A DNA stretch of 64,000 nucleotides from positions 31,558,001 through 31,622,000 of the forward strand of contig OX597832.1 of NCBI GenBank assembly GCA_951406725.2, in the 5' to 3' direction. This document shows positions 27,490 through 41,864 of the stretch, one piece after another. The notes below the pieces were generated by a model. That model searched no databases. It was given only the letters and a program-made list of their open reading frames with translations, and was not told where the DNA came from. The stretch comes from Octopus vulgaris. Its lineage: Eukaryota. The number at the start of each line of letters is the position of its first letter. Within the stretch, counting starts at the first letter, position 1. The translations under genes were made by a program, and so were the position numbers.

Positions 27490-27771
27490 CATACACACAC
27501 ACATACATACATACTTTATTTGTGCATGAAGGCTTTCATTGGTTTCATTAAAGAAAATATCGCAATATCTTAACAATTTTTCAAGCCGATCGTATGGAGG
27601 AATGGTGTTCGTTTCCATTTTGGATTAAATTCGAAAAATCTCGGGAATTCACGATAAGGTCTCATAAAGAAAACAAGAAATCGAATGGGGGTGGGAATAA
27701 CTCTGGGCTGAAAACTTTTGAGTAATTATCTCCCTTGGGTTTTACTTCTGGAAAAATTGTGAAGAGTGATG

Positions 27772-27841
27772 AATTTGTTTCTAATATTATAATATAATTT
27801 GTTTCTAATATAATTTGTTTCTAATAAATTTGTTTCTAATA
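27772..27841. repeat. Short tandem repeat, 4 copies of AATTTGTTTCTAATA, directly 5' of a SINE
   Basis: Read directly from the sequence. Confidence 0.85.
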
Positions 27842-28260
27842 GGCGCAGGAGTGGCTGTGTGGTAAGTAGCTTGCTAACCAACCACATGGTTCCGGGTTCA
27901 GTCCCACTGCGTGGCATCTTGGGCAAGTGTCTTCTGCTATAGCCCGGGCCGACCAATGCCTTGTGAGTGGATTTGGTAGACGGAAACTGAAAGAAGCCTG
28001 TCGTATATATATATATATATGTATGTATGTGTGTGTGTGTGTCTGTGTTTGTCCCCCTAGCATTGCTTGACAACCGATGCTGGTGTGTTTACGTCCCCGT
28101 CACTTAGCGGTTCGGCAAAAAGAGACCGATAGAATAAGTACTGGGCTTACAAAGAATAAGTCCCGGGGTCGATTTGCCCGACTAAAGGCGGTGTTCCAGC
28201 ATGGCCGCAGTCTAATGACTGAAACAAGTAAAAGAGTAAAAGAGTAAAGAGTAAGAGTAA
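27842..28260 (+). mobile_element. Full-length SINE family B, little diverged
   Basis: Same head/microsatellite/tail architecture as 25058; tail ends in repeated (A)AAGAGT units. Confidence 0.93.
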
Positions 28261-28438
28261 TATATTATATCGTGGCTATGTCTGATCTTCGTATGTTTGT
28301 GTGTTGAGGGAGTTGTGGAGTTCGTATGATGTATTATATTTAATGCTCACGTTCAGGGAAAGAAACCCTATCCTGGTAAAATCGGCAGTGGATGGTGGTT
28401 CCTCTTTGTAATGTCAGAGTGTAAAATATTGCTCATGC

Positions 28439-28532
<94 letters not shown>

Positions 28533-28769
28533 TTTCATCCCTTGTGTTTAAGATGCTATCTTTTCATTGGATGATGTGTAACTTTTCAGTGATACAAAGA
28601 TCACATTTGATACTCCGTTCGCTGTCTTTTCTGGCTGTAGTAGTGATGATCCATGTTATCTGGGGCTGATTGCTTCTCCTCCTTTCAATGTCCATATCAT
28701 ATTGGATAGGGATATCGCATGTCTTTTATATTCTGTTTTGCAGAGAGAGGGAGAGGGAGAGAGAGAGTG

Positions 28770-28807
<38 letters not shown>

Positions 28808-28893
28808 TGACAGACGGACAGCGATAGAGAGTGAGAGAGATAGTGTAAGAGAGAGCATGAGAGGAAGAATGAGAGGGAAACAGACGCAGGCAG

Positions 28894-28936
<43 letters not shown>

Positions 28937-29122
28937 GAGAGAAGGGGGAAGTGAAAGAGAGAAAGTGAGAGAAAGAGAGAGACAGAAATATAGAAAGAAA
29001 GAGAGACAGACAGACAGATAGATAGACAGATAGACAGACAATGAGACAGTGTGTGAGAGAAGGAGTGTGTAAGAGAGAGCGTATGGAAGACTGGGAAGAA
29101 AAGTGTGTATATGTGTGTTTGT

Positions 29123-29155
<33 letters not shown>

Positions 29156-29383
29156 CAGCAATTAAAACCTAGAATCCATCTAAGCAGTCAGGAAGAATAT
29201 ATCGCATATATATCTCTTATTTGTGTGTGTGTGTATGTATGCATGTACTTCTCTCTCTCCCTCTCTCTCTTTCTCTCTTTCTCTATATATATCTATCTGT
29301 CTACCAGTCTATGTGTATACTGATATACACGTAGGTCTACACATTACAATAATATATGCACAAAGATATTCGTGCATACGGGC

Positions 29384-29513
<130 letters not shown>

Positions 29514-29746
29514 TGACACACACGCAATCATACACACACATCTAGAGTCATCACTTCAGCTGCAGCGTTCAGCCACTTAACCGTTCTTTGCCCAAGGCTT
29601 CATCTCTCATTAAACCACACTCCAGCATCACTAATAGACAAACTGGTGAAGTCTGCGAGAGAATGGTGCTAACCTTTTCATCACTTAGCAAACCTCTTAC
29701 TTTAGAATTACATTTGTAACCTAAGCCAAACTTACTGTCCAGAGTG

Positions 29747-29801
<55 letters not shown>

Positions 29802-29902
29802 CATATATATATATATGTATATATATATCTTTACATATATGTATGTGTATGTGTGGATATATATTTATATACAAATACACATACACTCACATATATACAT
29901 AA

Positions 29903-29987
<85 letters not shown>

Positions 29988-29993
29988 ACCCGC

Positions 29994-30076
<83 letters not shown>

Positions 30077-30081
30077 CATAC

Positions 30082-30115
<34 letters not shown>

Positions 30116-30885
30116 TTGTGTGTGTGTTTGTGTATGTATATGTATGTATACATGTATAAAGAGTGAAAGGGAGAGATAAAAGGCGTCTTCTGTCATATTG
30201 GAAGTATTGAGTCTTTCAGACGATCGTAATACCCTCCGTTGGTTCTTACATAAACCGGTTAACAGACATTGTATTAATAATTAAAGATGGGAAGATTGCC
30301 TGTTGGCAATGAAAGGATATAAACTTTGGACTAATTGCCTTAAAAGATTAAATTTTCCTTCGACAACGATACATTACTAGTTTCAAATCTTATCGCGTTT
30401 GTCGACCATTACATTTAGAATCAAAATTTCAAGGAAGTTCTTCAGTAATGGTGTAGAATTGTTAACCCTTGAATGAGGCCCTCGTATGTATATTGCTCTC
30501 ACGATTGGAGGGAACGATTGGTACAAATAGATATATCTAGAAAAATACACAACCTTTATGAAAGAAAAAGGTAACAGATAAATTATGCAAGATCCTTGTG
30601 TACGGATCGTGTTGGGTGGATTTAGGTTTAATATAGATATTCAGTTTTGAATGACATCTGTAATGGTGGGCTAGGAAAGAACGTGAAAGTCAGCTCAATA
30701 TAATAAGGATGGAGTCTGCCGTCGAAGACGATTTATGAGTGTTCAGTGGTTGCGGAACGACCTGCACAAATGGATTACTTATAAGATCGAATTTATGTTC
30801 CGTACATTGGGTCAATCCCTCAAATCAAATCGATATTGACTGTACGATAGCACAAGAGTACCACACGTCAGATGTACAAATGATC

Positions 30886-30997
30886 GTTGAACAACGTGAA
30901 ATGAAGTGTCTTGCTCAAGAACACAACGCACCGCCCGGTCAGGGAATCGACCCGATGTTCTGGTGATCGTGAATGCAAAAACTCGAACCACTAGGCC

Positions 30998-30998
<1 letters not shown>
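30886..30998 (-). mobile_element. SINE family C head fragment
   Basis: CAACGTGAAATGAAGTGTCTTGCTCAAGAACACAACGCACCGCCCGGTCAGGGAATCGA..AACCACTAGGCCA. Confidence 0.75.
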
Positions 30999-31086
<88 letters not shown>

Positions 31087-31127
31087 GGATGATGATAATA
31101 ATAATAATAATGATAATAATAATAATA

Positions 31128-31210
<83 letters not shown>
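30999..31210. repeat. (TAA)n/(TGA)n compound microsatellite
   Basis: Read directly from the sequence. Confidence 0.96.
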
Positions 31211-31215
<5 letters not shown>

Positions 31216-31591
31216 GTGACCAAGAATGAATTGTAGAAACTTAATATGACCGAATTTTCAATCATGAAAATTTGTTATGAAATTTCTGTGAACATTTCAT
31301 CATTTCATCATTTAAACATGTTTTTTTCTTCTTCCGATTTTCACCTTGTAACTTTAATCTCTCTGAAATCATTTATTTATATATTTGTACCATTGATAAG
31401 CAAGAAATTGTTGAAACCGGTTTGGTGTTTGAATAAATCTATTGCAAAATTTTAAAACGATAACACATTTTGTTAGATTCGGGGGTATTTTCAAATCCCC
31501 AATAAATTCTGTCTCTCACACACACGCACACATACACACACGCACGCACACACACACACATATGTATGTATATACTTATGAGTATGTTCTT

Positions 31592-31797
31592 GTGAGTTTG
31601 TCTCCTACTTTTGCTTGACAACTGGTGTTGGTTAATGTATATCCCCTTAACCTATCGGTTAGGCCAAAAGAGACCGATAAAATGAGTGCCAGGCTTTGAA
31701 AAGTGAATACTGGGGTCGATTTGTTCTACTAAACCCTTCTAGGCGGTGCCCAATATAGCCGCTGTGTGGTGACTGAAACGCAAAAAAGATAAAAGAC
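31592..31797 (+). mobile_element. Decayed SINE family B tail
   Basis: GCTTGACAACTGGTGTTGG..AAAAGAGACCGATA..GGGGTCGATTTG..AGGCGGTGCCC..GACTGAAAC. Confidence 0.7.
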
Positions 31798-32580
31798 ACA
31801 CACACACACAGATAGCGGGGAAATACCGGGGTAGTGGATGGGGAGAAAATCCCATTCCGAAAAATTATAATTCATTGCATTTTGTCCCCAAATCTTCCGT
31901 GTAGACAGGAAGAAATTAAACAACGATTTATCTCCCTTAATCTTGTTAGATTGAATTAATCACTGTTTAACAATGTTTGTCCCAACTCGACCGAGCTGTA
32001 GTGTCGATTAAGGAATGTTATCTTGTTGGTTACTTTAAGTGGTTTAGCACTTATTTCATTAGCGAAAGACATTTGGTTCGTGATTTTACCGTTGTCTGAT
32101 GCTGTGTAATCGCTGTCACTAGATCAAATCGTAGATAAGTCAAGTAGAATTTAAATTATTGAATGCTGTCAATCGCTCAGGTTGAAATTACTGGAAATCT
32201 TATCAGCCACGCAGCCGCCCCACTCGAGCGCAAACAAACGTTTAGAAACAAACTTAAATGAATAAACATAAAATTCAACCACATAGATTTTCAACACTCG
32301 TGTATAATAAACAATCACATAATTACTCACACGCACACACACACACATACGGACTCACACAGAACACACACACACAACCACAAGTCACAATACATCTGAC
32401 AATGGATGACAATAGCATAGGATGAAAAAGACAACCGGTCATCCGATCCACCACCTCCAGAAACACCGCCACCACCACCACCACCACCACCACCACCACC
32501 ACCACCACCACTACTGTTATTAATTCTACTACTACTACTGCTAGCTAACAGAAATACTTCTAGCCTACGTAAGATTGAGG

Positions 32581-32643
32581 ACTACGACGACAACGATGAT
32601 GATGATGATGATGATGATGACGACGACGACGACGACGACGATA

Positions 32644-32680
<37 letters not shown>

Positions 32681-32744
32681 CGACGATGACGATGACGATG
32701 ATAATGACGATGATGATGATGATGATGATGATGACGATGATGAC

Positions 32745-32776
<32 letters not shown>

Positions 32777-32885
32777 CGATGACGATGATGATGGTGATGT
32801 CAATGATGATAATGACGATGATGATGACGATGATGACAATGATGATGATACTGATGATGATGATGATGATGATGACGATGATGAC

Positions 32886-32935
<50 letters not shown>

Positions 32936-33018
32936 CGATGACGACGACGACGACGATGATGAAGATGATGATGATGATGATGATGATGACTGCAATGATT
33001 TTGGCAATGATCGTGGTG

Positions 33019-33050
<32 letters not shown>

Positions 33051-33070
33051 CATCATCATCATTATCATCA
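32581..33070. repeat. (GAT/GAC)n trinucleotide repeat, ~490 bp
   Basis: Read directly from the sequence; gives the poly-M/I/S/H ORFs. Confidence 0.96.
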
Positions 33071-34514
33071 TTAACATGAGAATTTCTTGCAAAAGATGGT
33101 CGTTGCAATCATTTCTCTTGACACGAAACAGCCATAAATTTTTCAGATAAAAGAAATAAAAAAAAGCAAACATATAAAAAGCACAATCGAATAAATAAAC
33201 ATAACGAAAAAACAGAAAACAAGCAAAAAAAAAACCTCACGATTTCCCGTAAAAAAACAAATTCCAATGATATTTATTGGGCAAACCGAACGGAACTCTG
33301 GGAATTTTATTTTAGGTTTTGTATTTATATTTTTTTGGTTAAATTTTGGTTTAAGTCTTGGTTGATTTGTTAGAATTCTCTGGAACATAATAAAATATAG
33401 AAGACAAAAAGAAAGAACTGATGCACAAATAAGTAAACAGATAATAAAAACAAATAAACGAATGGTGGGAGTGAAGTTTATTGGAAACGGTACCAGGTCT
33501 GGATAAGCCAATGAATTCCTTGTAATTTAAAATGTCAGTAAATCTTAGGAAAGCTTCTCATTTACAAAAGAACCCTTTACTGCCCAGAATATATTCTCCA
33601 ATGGAAACATCACAAGCATCATGGTTTCTTTCAAACATTACAAGAACACGATATCCAACATGGTTATGCGATGCACAATTCGAAAAGGTGTGGTTCTGGA
33701 ATGAATCCCAGTGCAAGGCACTTTTGGAAGATGTCTTTTGCCAGAGGCTTTTTCTCAGCGGAATTTGTGAGTTTGAAACTAAGGAACCCTATTGGAGCAC
33801 CGTCTTTGTGCTTGATTTTGTATTTTATAATTTCTTGTTTCAGGAGGAAGTGGTAGATATCATGATCCTTGCAGGCTTTTCTAGAGTGGTGAGCTTGATG
33901 CCATTAATATTATGTTTAAAGCGTTGGAAATCGAACACATGAGCAAGGAGAGAAGATTCTAGAAGTATAAAGTTCTGAGAGAAAGAGCTACATACATGTG
34001 GTGACAGTGCTGGTAGCAGTGGTGAAAGAATTGAAGTGGCTAAATTATAAGTGGGACGGGACGAGAAAAAGGAGAAAAAAGACGAGAGAAAAGAGAGAGA
34101 AGAACATCGCAGGAGAAACTTAGAGGAGATGGCACCAGATTAGCCAAAATCGAGGATCAGTGATGAGTGGAGTAGCGATGGGGAAAAAGCAAGAGTTTGT
34201 TAATTGATTTAATCTATTGTCATCCGGTTTAACAGGATCACCATACTCTCGGCTAGTTTGTTGGGAGCCATTTTCCTGCAAACATTTAAACCAAGTTTCT
34301 GATTTGAAGCTACAGTTTTTGACCTCTGCTTCCTATCAATCTCAGAACCCCTAAACTGGCCTCAATTGCGTTGCCCCCCCCCCCGGTTGAGTCATTTAAA
34401 TGTAACACTCTTGCAATGTAACAGGCATGGTTCACACCTGGTTTACATTCTACAATACGTCATTTACACACAGACACAAGCACACGCACAAACACACACA
34501 AACAAACACACAAA

Positions 34515-34550
<36 letters not shown>

Positions 34551-34560
34551 AACACACAAA

Positions 34561-34609
<49 letters not shown>

Positions 34610-34623
34610 CACAAACACACAAA

Positions 34624-34714
<91 letters not shown>

Positions 34715-34715
34715 T

Positions 34716-35062
34716 CTATCTTTTATCTTTATCGTGTTTAAGTCACTGGACTGCAGCAGTGCTTTGAGGGGTTGAGCCGGGTAAATTGATCTCTGCACTT
34801 CTCTATTTTTAAAGCCTGTCACTTCTCTTTTGAGGTGAGGTAAACAAAGCAACACCGGTTGTCAAGCGGTGGCGAGAAACAAAATATAAAACAACTGCAA
34901 CGATACACACACACACACACACACACACACGCATATATATTCGACAGACGTCTTTCAGTTTCCCTCAACCATATTCAATCACAAGGCTTTGGTTTGGCAG
35001 GGGCTTGAAGAGGGGAAGCATTAGGATTGAACTCAAGACCACATGATTGGGAAGTAAACTTC
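34716..35062 (-). mobile_element. Old, decayed SINE family B
   Basis: Tail-like GTCACTGGACTGCAG..CAACACCGGTTGTCAAGCGGTGG, then (CA)n, then head-like TTTCAGTTTCC..CACAAGGCTTTGG..ACCACATGATTGGGAAG. Confidence 0.65.
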
Positions 35063-37254
35063 ATATACGCATACATGCATGCATATACACCAACATACGC
35101 ACATACATTTATACATACATACATACACACATACATAAAAGGTTCCAAGGACACAGGCCTAACAGATGACCGATTATGGCACTTATACACTGTACCATTC
35201 GTTTAGATCACCCCTGAGCTAAACCCCTCGTTCTCTTTATCTCCATACACACATACACGCACACACCCATACACTCACAGACACAGACACACACACATAT
35301 ATATATATGCATACATATATATGCATATGTAGATATATATAAACATTTACATATACATACGTACATGCACACACACACACACATATATATGTATGTATAT
35401 ATATATATGTGTGTGTATATATATATGTGTGTGTGTGTATGTATATACATACCAACAGTAACAAGGACAAAACCACAACAACAATCAAGATCTCTGCGAG
35501 TGAGGGGACTGCAGCCTCCCCGCATCCTTCTCAATGTACTGATGAGCAAGGAGAAAACAGCTCCACCTGGCGATGGAATCCGAACCGGATCATGTAACGA
35601 AAAGCTTAAGGTAAACCTTACAGCTGCTTCACATCTGATACCCCATAATTAACCGACTGAAAACTTCTTATCTATTTCGGTCTTGGCGTTTACTATGTTC
35701 ATGTGTCGATGGTGGTGGCCGTGGCGGCGTCACAGTATTGTGGATGGTGGTGGTGGATTGGTTGAGATTATAATTATCTCTGGTGCTTACTCCGCTAAAG
35801 GATGCAGGTGTCTTTATAACCTCTACTCGGAGTTAGATATCGACTTCCCTCCTATCTTTAAAGCCTCGTCTTCCCACCCATCTCTGATGTAGTCTGTTGG
35901 CATATATATAATGCACGTTTATCAAATGCGCACGTCTCTCTCTCTCTCTCTCTCTCTCTCTGCTATACACACATATACACACATAGAATATGTACAAACA
36001 CACACACACACACACACACACATACACACACGCACACTCACAAACAGTTAAGTACGTATGTTCATGTATATACGTGTATATACATATATACATACATATA
36101 GACATATGCATATATATATATATCTAACACATACAAACTGTCATACATATATATATATATATATAAGCTTATATCTATATATATATCTACATGTATACAC
36201 ACATGTATATATACATACAGATGTAAGCATGTTTGAATATGTGTACGACTTCTCCGTTATATGGACTCGCATAGTCACAGACAAAGGGAGGCTAACTCAC
36301 ACACACACACACGCACACACACACACGCACACACACACACACAGACACATACGCACACACAGACACGCACAACACGCACACAGTAGCGGCAGCAGCAGCA
36401 ATGATATTTTCATTCGGATCGCAAGAATTCTCAGATGGAAATGTCAGCTCTGTTATCACACAGACACCGTTCTATAAATGTCGGTGCGTTAACTCTTGAA
36501 GGAGATCGAAAGCCGTCGTTAACTCTATACCATCGGCTTTGATAATCTCAATCCCTCCATCCCTCGAAAGCTGTCCCTCTCCAGCCTTTATCCCCGTATC
36601 TCTGTTCTTACTTCCTCTCACATACCCACTTCCGCTGCCAGCCTTTTCCTTTTACATACTATGCATATGTATATACATGTATATGTGTATGTATGTATTT
36701 ATGTATGTATGTATGTATGTATGTATGTATGTATGTATGTATGTATGTATATATATATATGTGTATATATATGTATATATGTATATATATGTGTGTGTGT
36801 GTATGAATATATATATGTCTATATATATATATATGCATGTATATATATACATGTATCCATACATTTATACATATACGTGTGTACACAAACACATACACAT
36901 TTACGTATGTGTGCATGTGTTTATGAATGTGTGCGTGTATTTGATACACACATACACACACACAATACACATGCAAAATCGTTTGGAAATCTACGTATAC
37001 ACACAAACGCATGCATATACTCTCACACAAAGGAACATACAAGCATACACAAGCGCATAAACATACACAAAAGCACAAATACATACATAAACATCTAACA
37101 CACACACACACACATGGACACACACACACATGGACACACACACACATGGACACACACACACATGGACACACACACACTGCTATCCAGTTGCCATTTTCCT
37201 CTTTAGTTTCATCTTTAAAGAGAAAGTAAACCAAATTTCGTTATTACAACTGTT

Positions 37255-37905
37255 TAGAAGTCAGCGAGTGGCAGAAACGTTAGCATGCCGGACGAAATGT
37301 TTAGTGGTATTTAGTCCGTCTTCGCGTTCTGAGTTCAAATTCCGCCGAGGTCAACTTTGCCTTTTCGTCCTTTTGGGGTCGATAAATTAAGTACCAATGA
37401 AACACTGGGTTCAATGTAATCCCCCAATCATAAATTTCGTGCCTTGTGGCTTTAGTAGAAAGGATTATTACAGCCGTTTAAAAGGCCACAGTGAGCTGGC
37501 AGAATCGTTAGCACGCCGGGCAAACTACTCAACGACCTTTCGTCTCTACGTTCTCAGTTCAAATTCCACCAAAGTCGATTTTACCATTTATATTCTCAGG
37601 ATCGATGAAATAAATCCAGTTGAGCACTTGGGTCCTGGTAATCGACTTTCTCGCTCTCCTCCAAATTGCTGGCTGTGTGCTAAAATTTGAAACCATTTTT
37701 GAATCTGTTTAAAAGACAGCTGGAAGAATTGTTGGCTGGCAAAATGCATCGTGGTTTTTTGTCCCTCTTTACGTTCTGGGCTCACATTCCATAGAGTTTG
37801 ACTTAGCCTCTCATCTTTTCGGGTTCGATAAAATATATACCAGTTGCCCACTGGGGTCGATGTAATCGACTAGCCGCCATTCTTTTGCCAAATTTTGTAA
37901 TCGTT
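37255..37905 (+). mobile_element. Three head-to-tail diverged SINE family A-related copies
   Basis: Repeated TGGCAGAA(A/T)CGTTAGCA..GTTCAAATTCC..GGGGTCGATAAA..ACCAG modules starting near 37260, 37490 and 37717; the third is the most decayed. Confidence 0.8.
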
Positions 37906-37924
37906 GTTATATCTGTTTAAAAAA

Positions 37925-38420
37925 AGCGCAGCTGTGTGGTAAGAAGCTTGCTCCTCAAGCACATGATTCCGGGTTCAGTCCCACTACGTTGTACCTTGAG
38001 AAAGTGTCTTCTTATAGCCTCGGGCCGGCCAAAGCTATGTTATGTTGGCAAACTATCTTTACTCGAAAGTACTGTTGCTGAATATCTCTCATTGTGAAAT
38101 TTAAAAATAGTAATTTTCGAATATAATGTAGTCTTGTATATCCATGAACACACGGGATGGCCACAGTTAGAACAATATTGATCCCAGTTTTGATGTCAGC
38201 GTTGTCCAAGGGCTAAACACCACCGACACATCACTTTCACTTTCGGTGTTGCTACTGTTTATTGCTGTGGTTAGAATGTACGACCCGTTAAACATAGAAA
38301 CCACAAACCCCTTAAACTATAGCTGGGCTCTTAAAATAGAGAGGACACATTAGATAATGTAGTCCTACAGATAGGCATAAAGTGATGTGATGGTCACGGC
38401 CGGAATACTTTTGATCATAG
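37925..38420 (+). mobile_element. SINE B-type head followed by two family D modules
   Basis: GCTGTGTGGTAAGAAGCTTG..GGGTTCAGTCCCAC..TATAGCCTCGGGCCG, then ATAATGTAGTC..GATGG(C/T)CAC.. modules, one ending GGGCTAAACA, also seen at 39880-40085 and 61050-61260. Confidence 0.65.
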
Positions 38421-39879
38421 AAAGTTCAAAAGGCAAGAATAATGTGAATGATAATAAAACTTAATATTGCGTAAACGGAACAGATACAACGCATTGCATA
38501 TGGCGATATTTAAGAGAATAAGCTATTTACAAAATGGCGGATAAACCAAAAGGCGGGTGGGAACGCATTTCGTTGCAAAGACGTTCCGTCATCCCATTTA
38601 TTTAATCTTCAAACAGGGAAACTAAGTTGAGATTAGACTGACAAACAACATAATCGGCATAATCGTTTAAGTATTGCAAATAGTTTTCTAATAAAAACCT
38701 TTTGTCTTACAAATCATTCGTCTCTTCTAAGTCATTTTATATCTCAATAAGATATAAATCTCTCTCGTCTTTAATTCAAAAACCTCTTTTCTCTCTTTCT
38801 CTCTCTGTCCCCTGCAACTTTCTTCCTTTCTCTCTCTGTCTCTCACTGTCTCTCTGAAGAAGAAAATGTCGTATTAGTCTTGTTACTCGGTCCATATCGC
38901 TAGAAGTTTAGAAGTTTCCGGGTTTTAAAGCAAAAACGTCTCAGATGGTTTCATCACATATCATTTCACCTGACAAGTTTCTCCCAACTGGGGAAATCTC
39001 AAAATATATAAAGATGGCGGTACCCTTGCTCAATCTCCACCATTTAAAAGTCTAAAACATTGATAAAAAGAATCTCATCGAGAGCAAAGCTTTAATCCCA
39101 AAGGTGCGAGAATAACTTTTACAGCTTAATCAACGGCACCCACCTCCCTCCCTCCCTCCCACCCTTCTCTCTCTCTCTTCTTTCCTTATCTTCTCATAGT
39201 ATCTCACTTAATCTCCCCCTCTCTCTGGTTTTCATTCACACACTCTCCATCTCACACACACACATACGTATAATACACATACATGCTTATACACACATAC
39301 ACAGAGAATCGTCCACACCGGTACTTATACACACATGTATACATTACAAACACGCGTATATGTATGTATGAATACATATGTATACATGTACATACATACA
39401 TACATACATACATACATACATACATACATTCATTCATACATACATACATACATACATACATACATACATACATACATACATGTATATATCTGTACAGAAA
39501 AAAATCAACATATTACATATACATACGTACAGGCACCCAGATAAACACACACACATACACGCACACACACATGCACACATACTTGTACACATATACGTAC
39601 ACATACGCCCACAAATACACGAAGTTAAGGCGCACCTACTCACGTATACGACACACACATACATACGTACATGTCGATGCATACACACATACACTCACAG
39701 ACACACACACATAAAAATATATACATAAAGTCCACATATATAACTGCACATGCATATTCACACACACGCACACACACACACACATATATATATACACATA
39801 TACATGCACATTTATGCACACATATATACACGCATATATATACACATACACATTCTCAGGAACAACGAAATGTGGAGTT

Positions 39880-40085
39880 AAAGATGGAGTTTCTCTATGA
39901 CCTTTCGATCAGCTGGAAATAGCAGCTAAATCCCCCTCCCTCAAATGATACCTCATTATCTGAAGAATAGTAAGGTCATATTGCATAACGAGGCCCTTTC
40001 TAGATAACGCAAAATGTGATGGTCATAACTGGAACGTCTCTGATTATGTCTACCACATCAGAACTGACCTGGGGTTAAACAACAG
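39880..40085 (+). mobile_element. Interspersed repeat family D
   Basis: GAAATAGCAGCTAAATC..GTGATGGTCATAACTGGAA..CTGACCTGGGGTTAAACAAC; partial matches at ~3310, 38110-38420 and 61050-61260. Confidence 0.6.
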
Positions 40086-40277
40086 TGATATAGATGCAAC
40101 ACGCATGCGCACACATTATTTTCTTTCTTCCCCACTCTCTCTCTTTTTCTCATTCTTCTGTTACTACTTACATCTGTGTATCTGTGTATATGTGTATGTG
40201 TGCGTGTGTAAGTGTGTGCATGTGTATGTGTGTATGTGTATCTATAGAGAAAGTGAAAGTTAAAAAGTAAAGCCGTG

Positions 40278-40312
<35 letters not shown>

Positions 40313-40386
40313 ATGTGTGTGTATGCGTGTGTATGTGTATTTGTATATACATATATTTTTATATATGTATCTATGTGGATATATAT

Positions 40387-40419
<33 letters not shown>

Positions 40420-40423
40420 CATT

Positions 40424-40454
<31 letters not shown>

Positions 40455-40789
40455 CATATATATATATACACTTACATATATATACATACACATACAGATG
40501 CATATATCTATATATATATCTATATCTATATCTATATCATACGCATGCACACACACACACACACACACACATAAATATGTAAATATAATTCTGTCTCATA
40601 ATCTCTCCCCATCTCTCCCTCTTTACCTGTCTATATTCCTTCACGTCTCACTCCCTCCCTCCCACTCTCTCACACTCTCCCTCCCACTCTCTCCCTCCCC
40701 CCCTCTCTCCGCCTGATTCCTCGCCGCCATCTTAGATATAAGTTTAATGAGGTTTAACAAACGAAGAGCACAAGAAACGAAACCAAGAC

Positions 40790-40791
40790 AG

Positions 40792-40824
<33 letters not shown>

Positions 40825-40856
40825 AACACACAAACACACACACATACATACACACA

Positions 40857-40899
<43 letters not shown>

Positions 40900-40919
40900 A
40901 CACATACACACACACACAT

Positions 40920-41002
<83 letters not shown>

Positions 41003-41008
41003 AACACG

Positions 41009-41081
<73 letters not shown>

Positions 41082-41092
41082 ACACACACACA
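40790..41092. repeat. (CA)n microsatellite, ~300 bp
   Basis: Read directly from the sequence. Confidence 0.97.
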
Positions 41093-41864
41093 TTCTTTTG
41101 TTTGTTTTTCTTTTATTATTTTTGTTTTCCGATTCTCTTCCCGAATAAATAAAAATTATTCGTTGTTGATGAACGTTTACTGAAGCAGAACAAATAGTTT
41201 AACTACGAGGCAGCAACCAGAGTCACATCTGGGTCACGGCATGTCCCACGAGGGGATTCCTTATATAAACACAATAATTTCAGTATAAATGCTGCTGGTG
41301 GCGGCGGTGGTGGTGGTGATGTTACCAGTTTTAGGGATGGTCGGGGATGGGAGCGGAAATAACAATACTGTTAATGGTGGCGGCGATGGTGGCCGGTGAT
41401 ATTAGTTAAAACGTAATTGGTGGTAGTGGTGGTCATGGTGGTGGGGATAATTGTGGTGTTGGTTGTTGCTGTGGTGGTAGTGTTGGTTGTAATGATGGTG
41501 ATGGAGGTAGAGGTGGTAGTGGTGAGAGCAGTGCTGAGGCTCATACTGGCCGTTGTCTGGAAATGGATCTTTCTTCGTAGAGCTTGTGATGGTGGTGGTG
41601 GTGAGGGTGGTGGTGGTGGTGGTGGCATTGATGGTGGTGGTGGTGGTGGTGGTGGTGGTAGTGGTGGTGGTGGGGTGGGGACGGTAGTGATGATGGCGAT
41701 GGTGGTGGTACTGATGGAGGTGGGGGATGAAGGTGGTGGTGGTGGTAGTGGTGATGGTGGCGATGGTGATAGTACTGATGGAAGTAGTGATGAAGATGGT
41801 GATGGTGATGGTGATGGGGATGGTTGCGGTGGTGATGAAGGTGGTGGTGGCGATGGTGGTGATG

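Noticed and set aside
35539-35610. CTGATGA ... GAAA-AGCT-TA hammerhead-like boxes
   Set aside because: Neither helix I nor helix II pairs next to the core.
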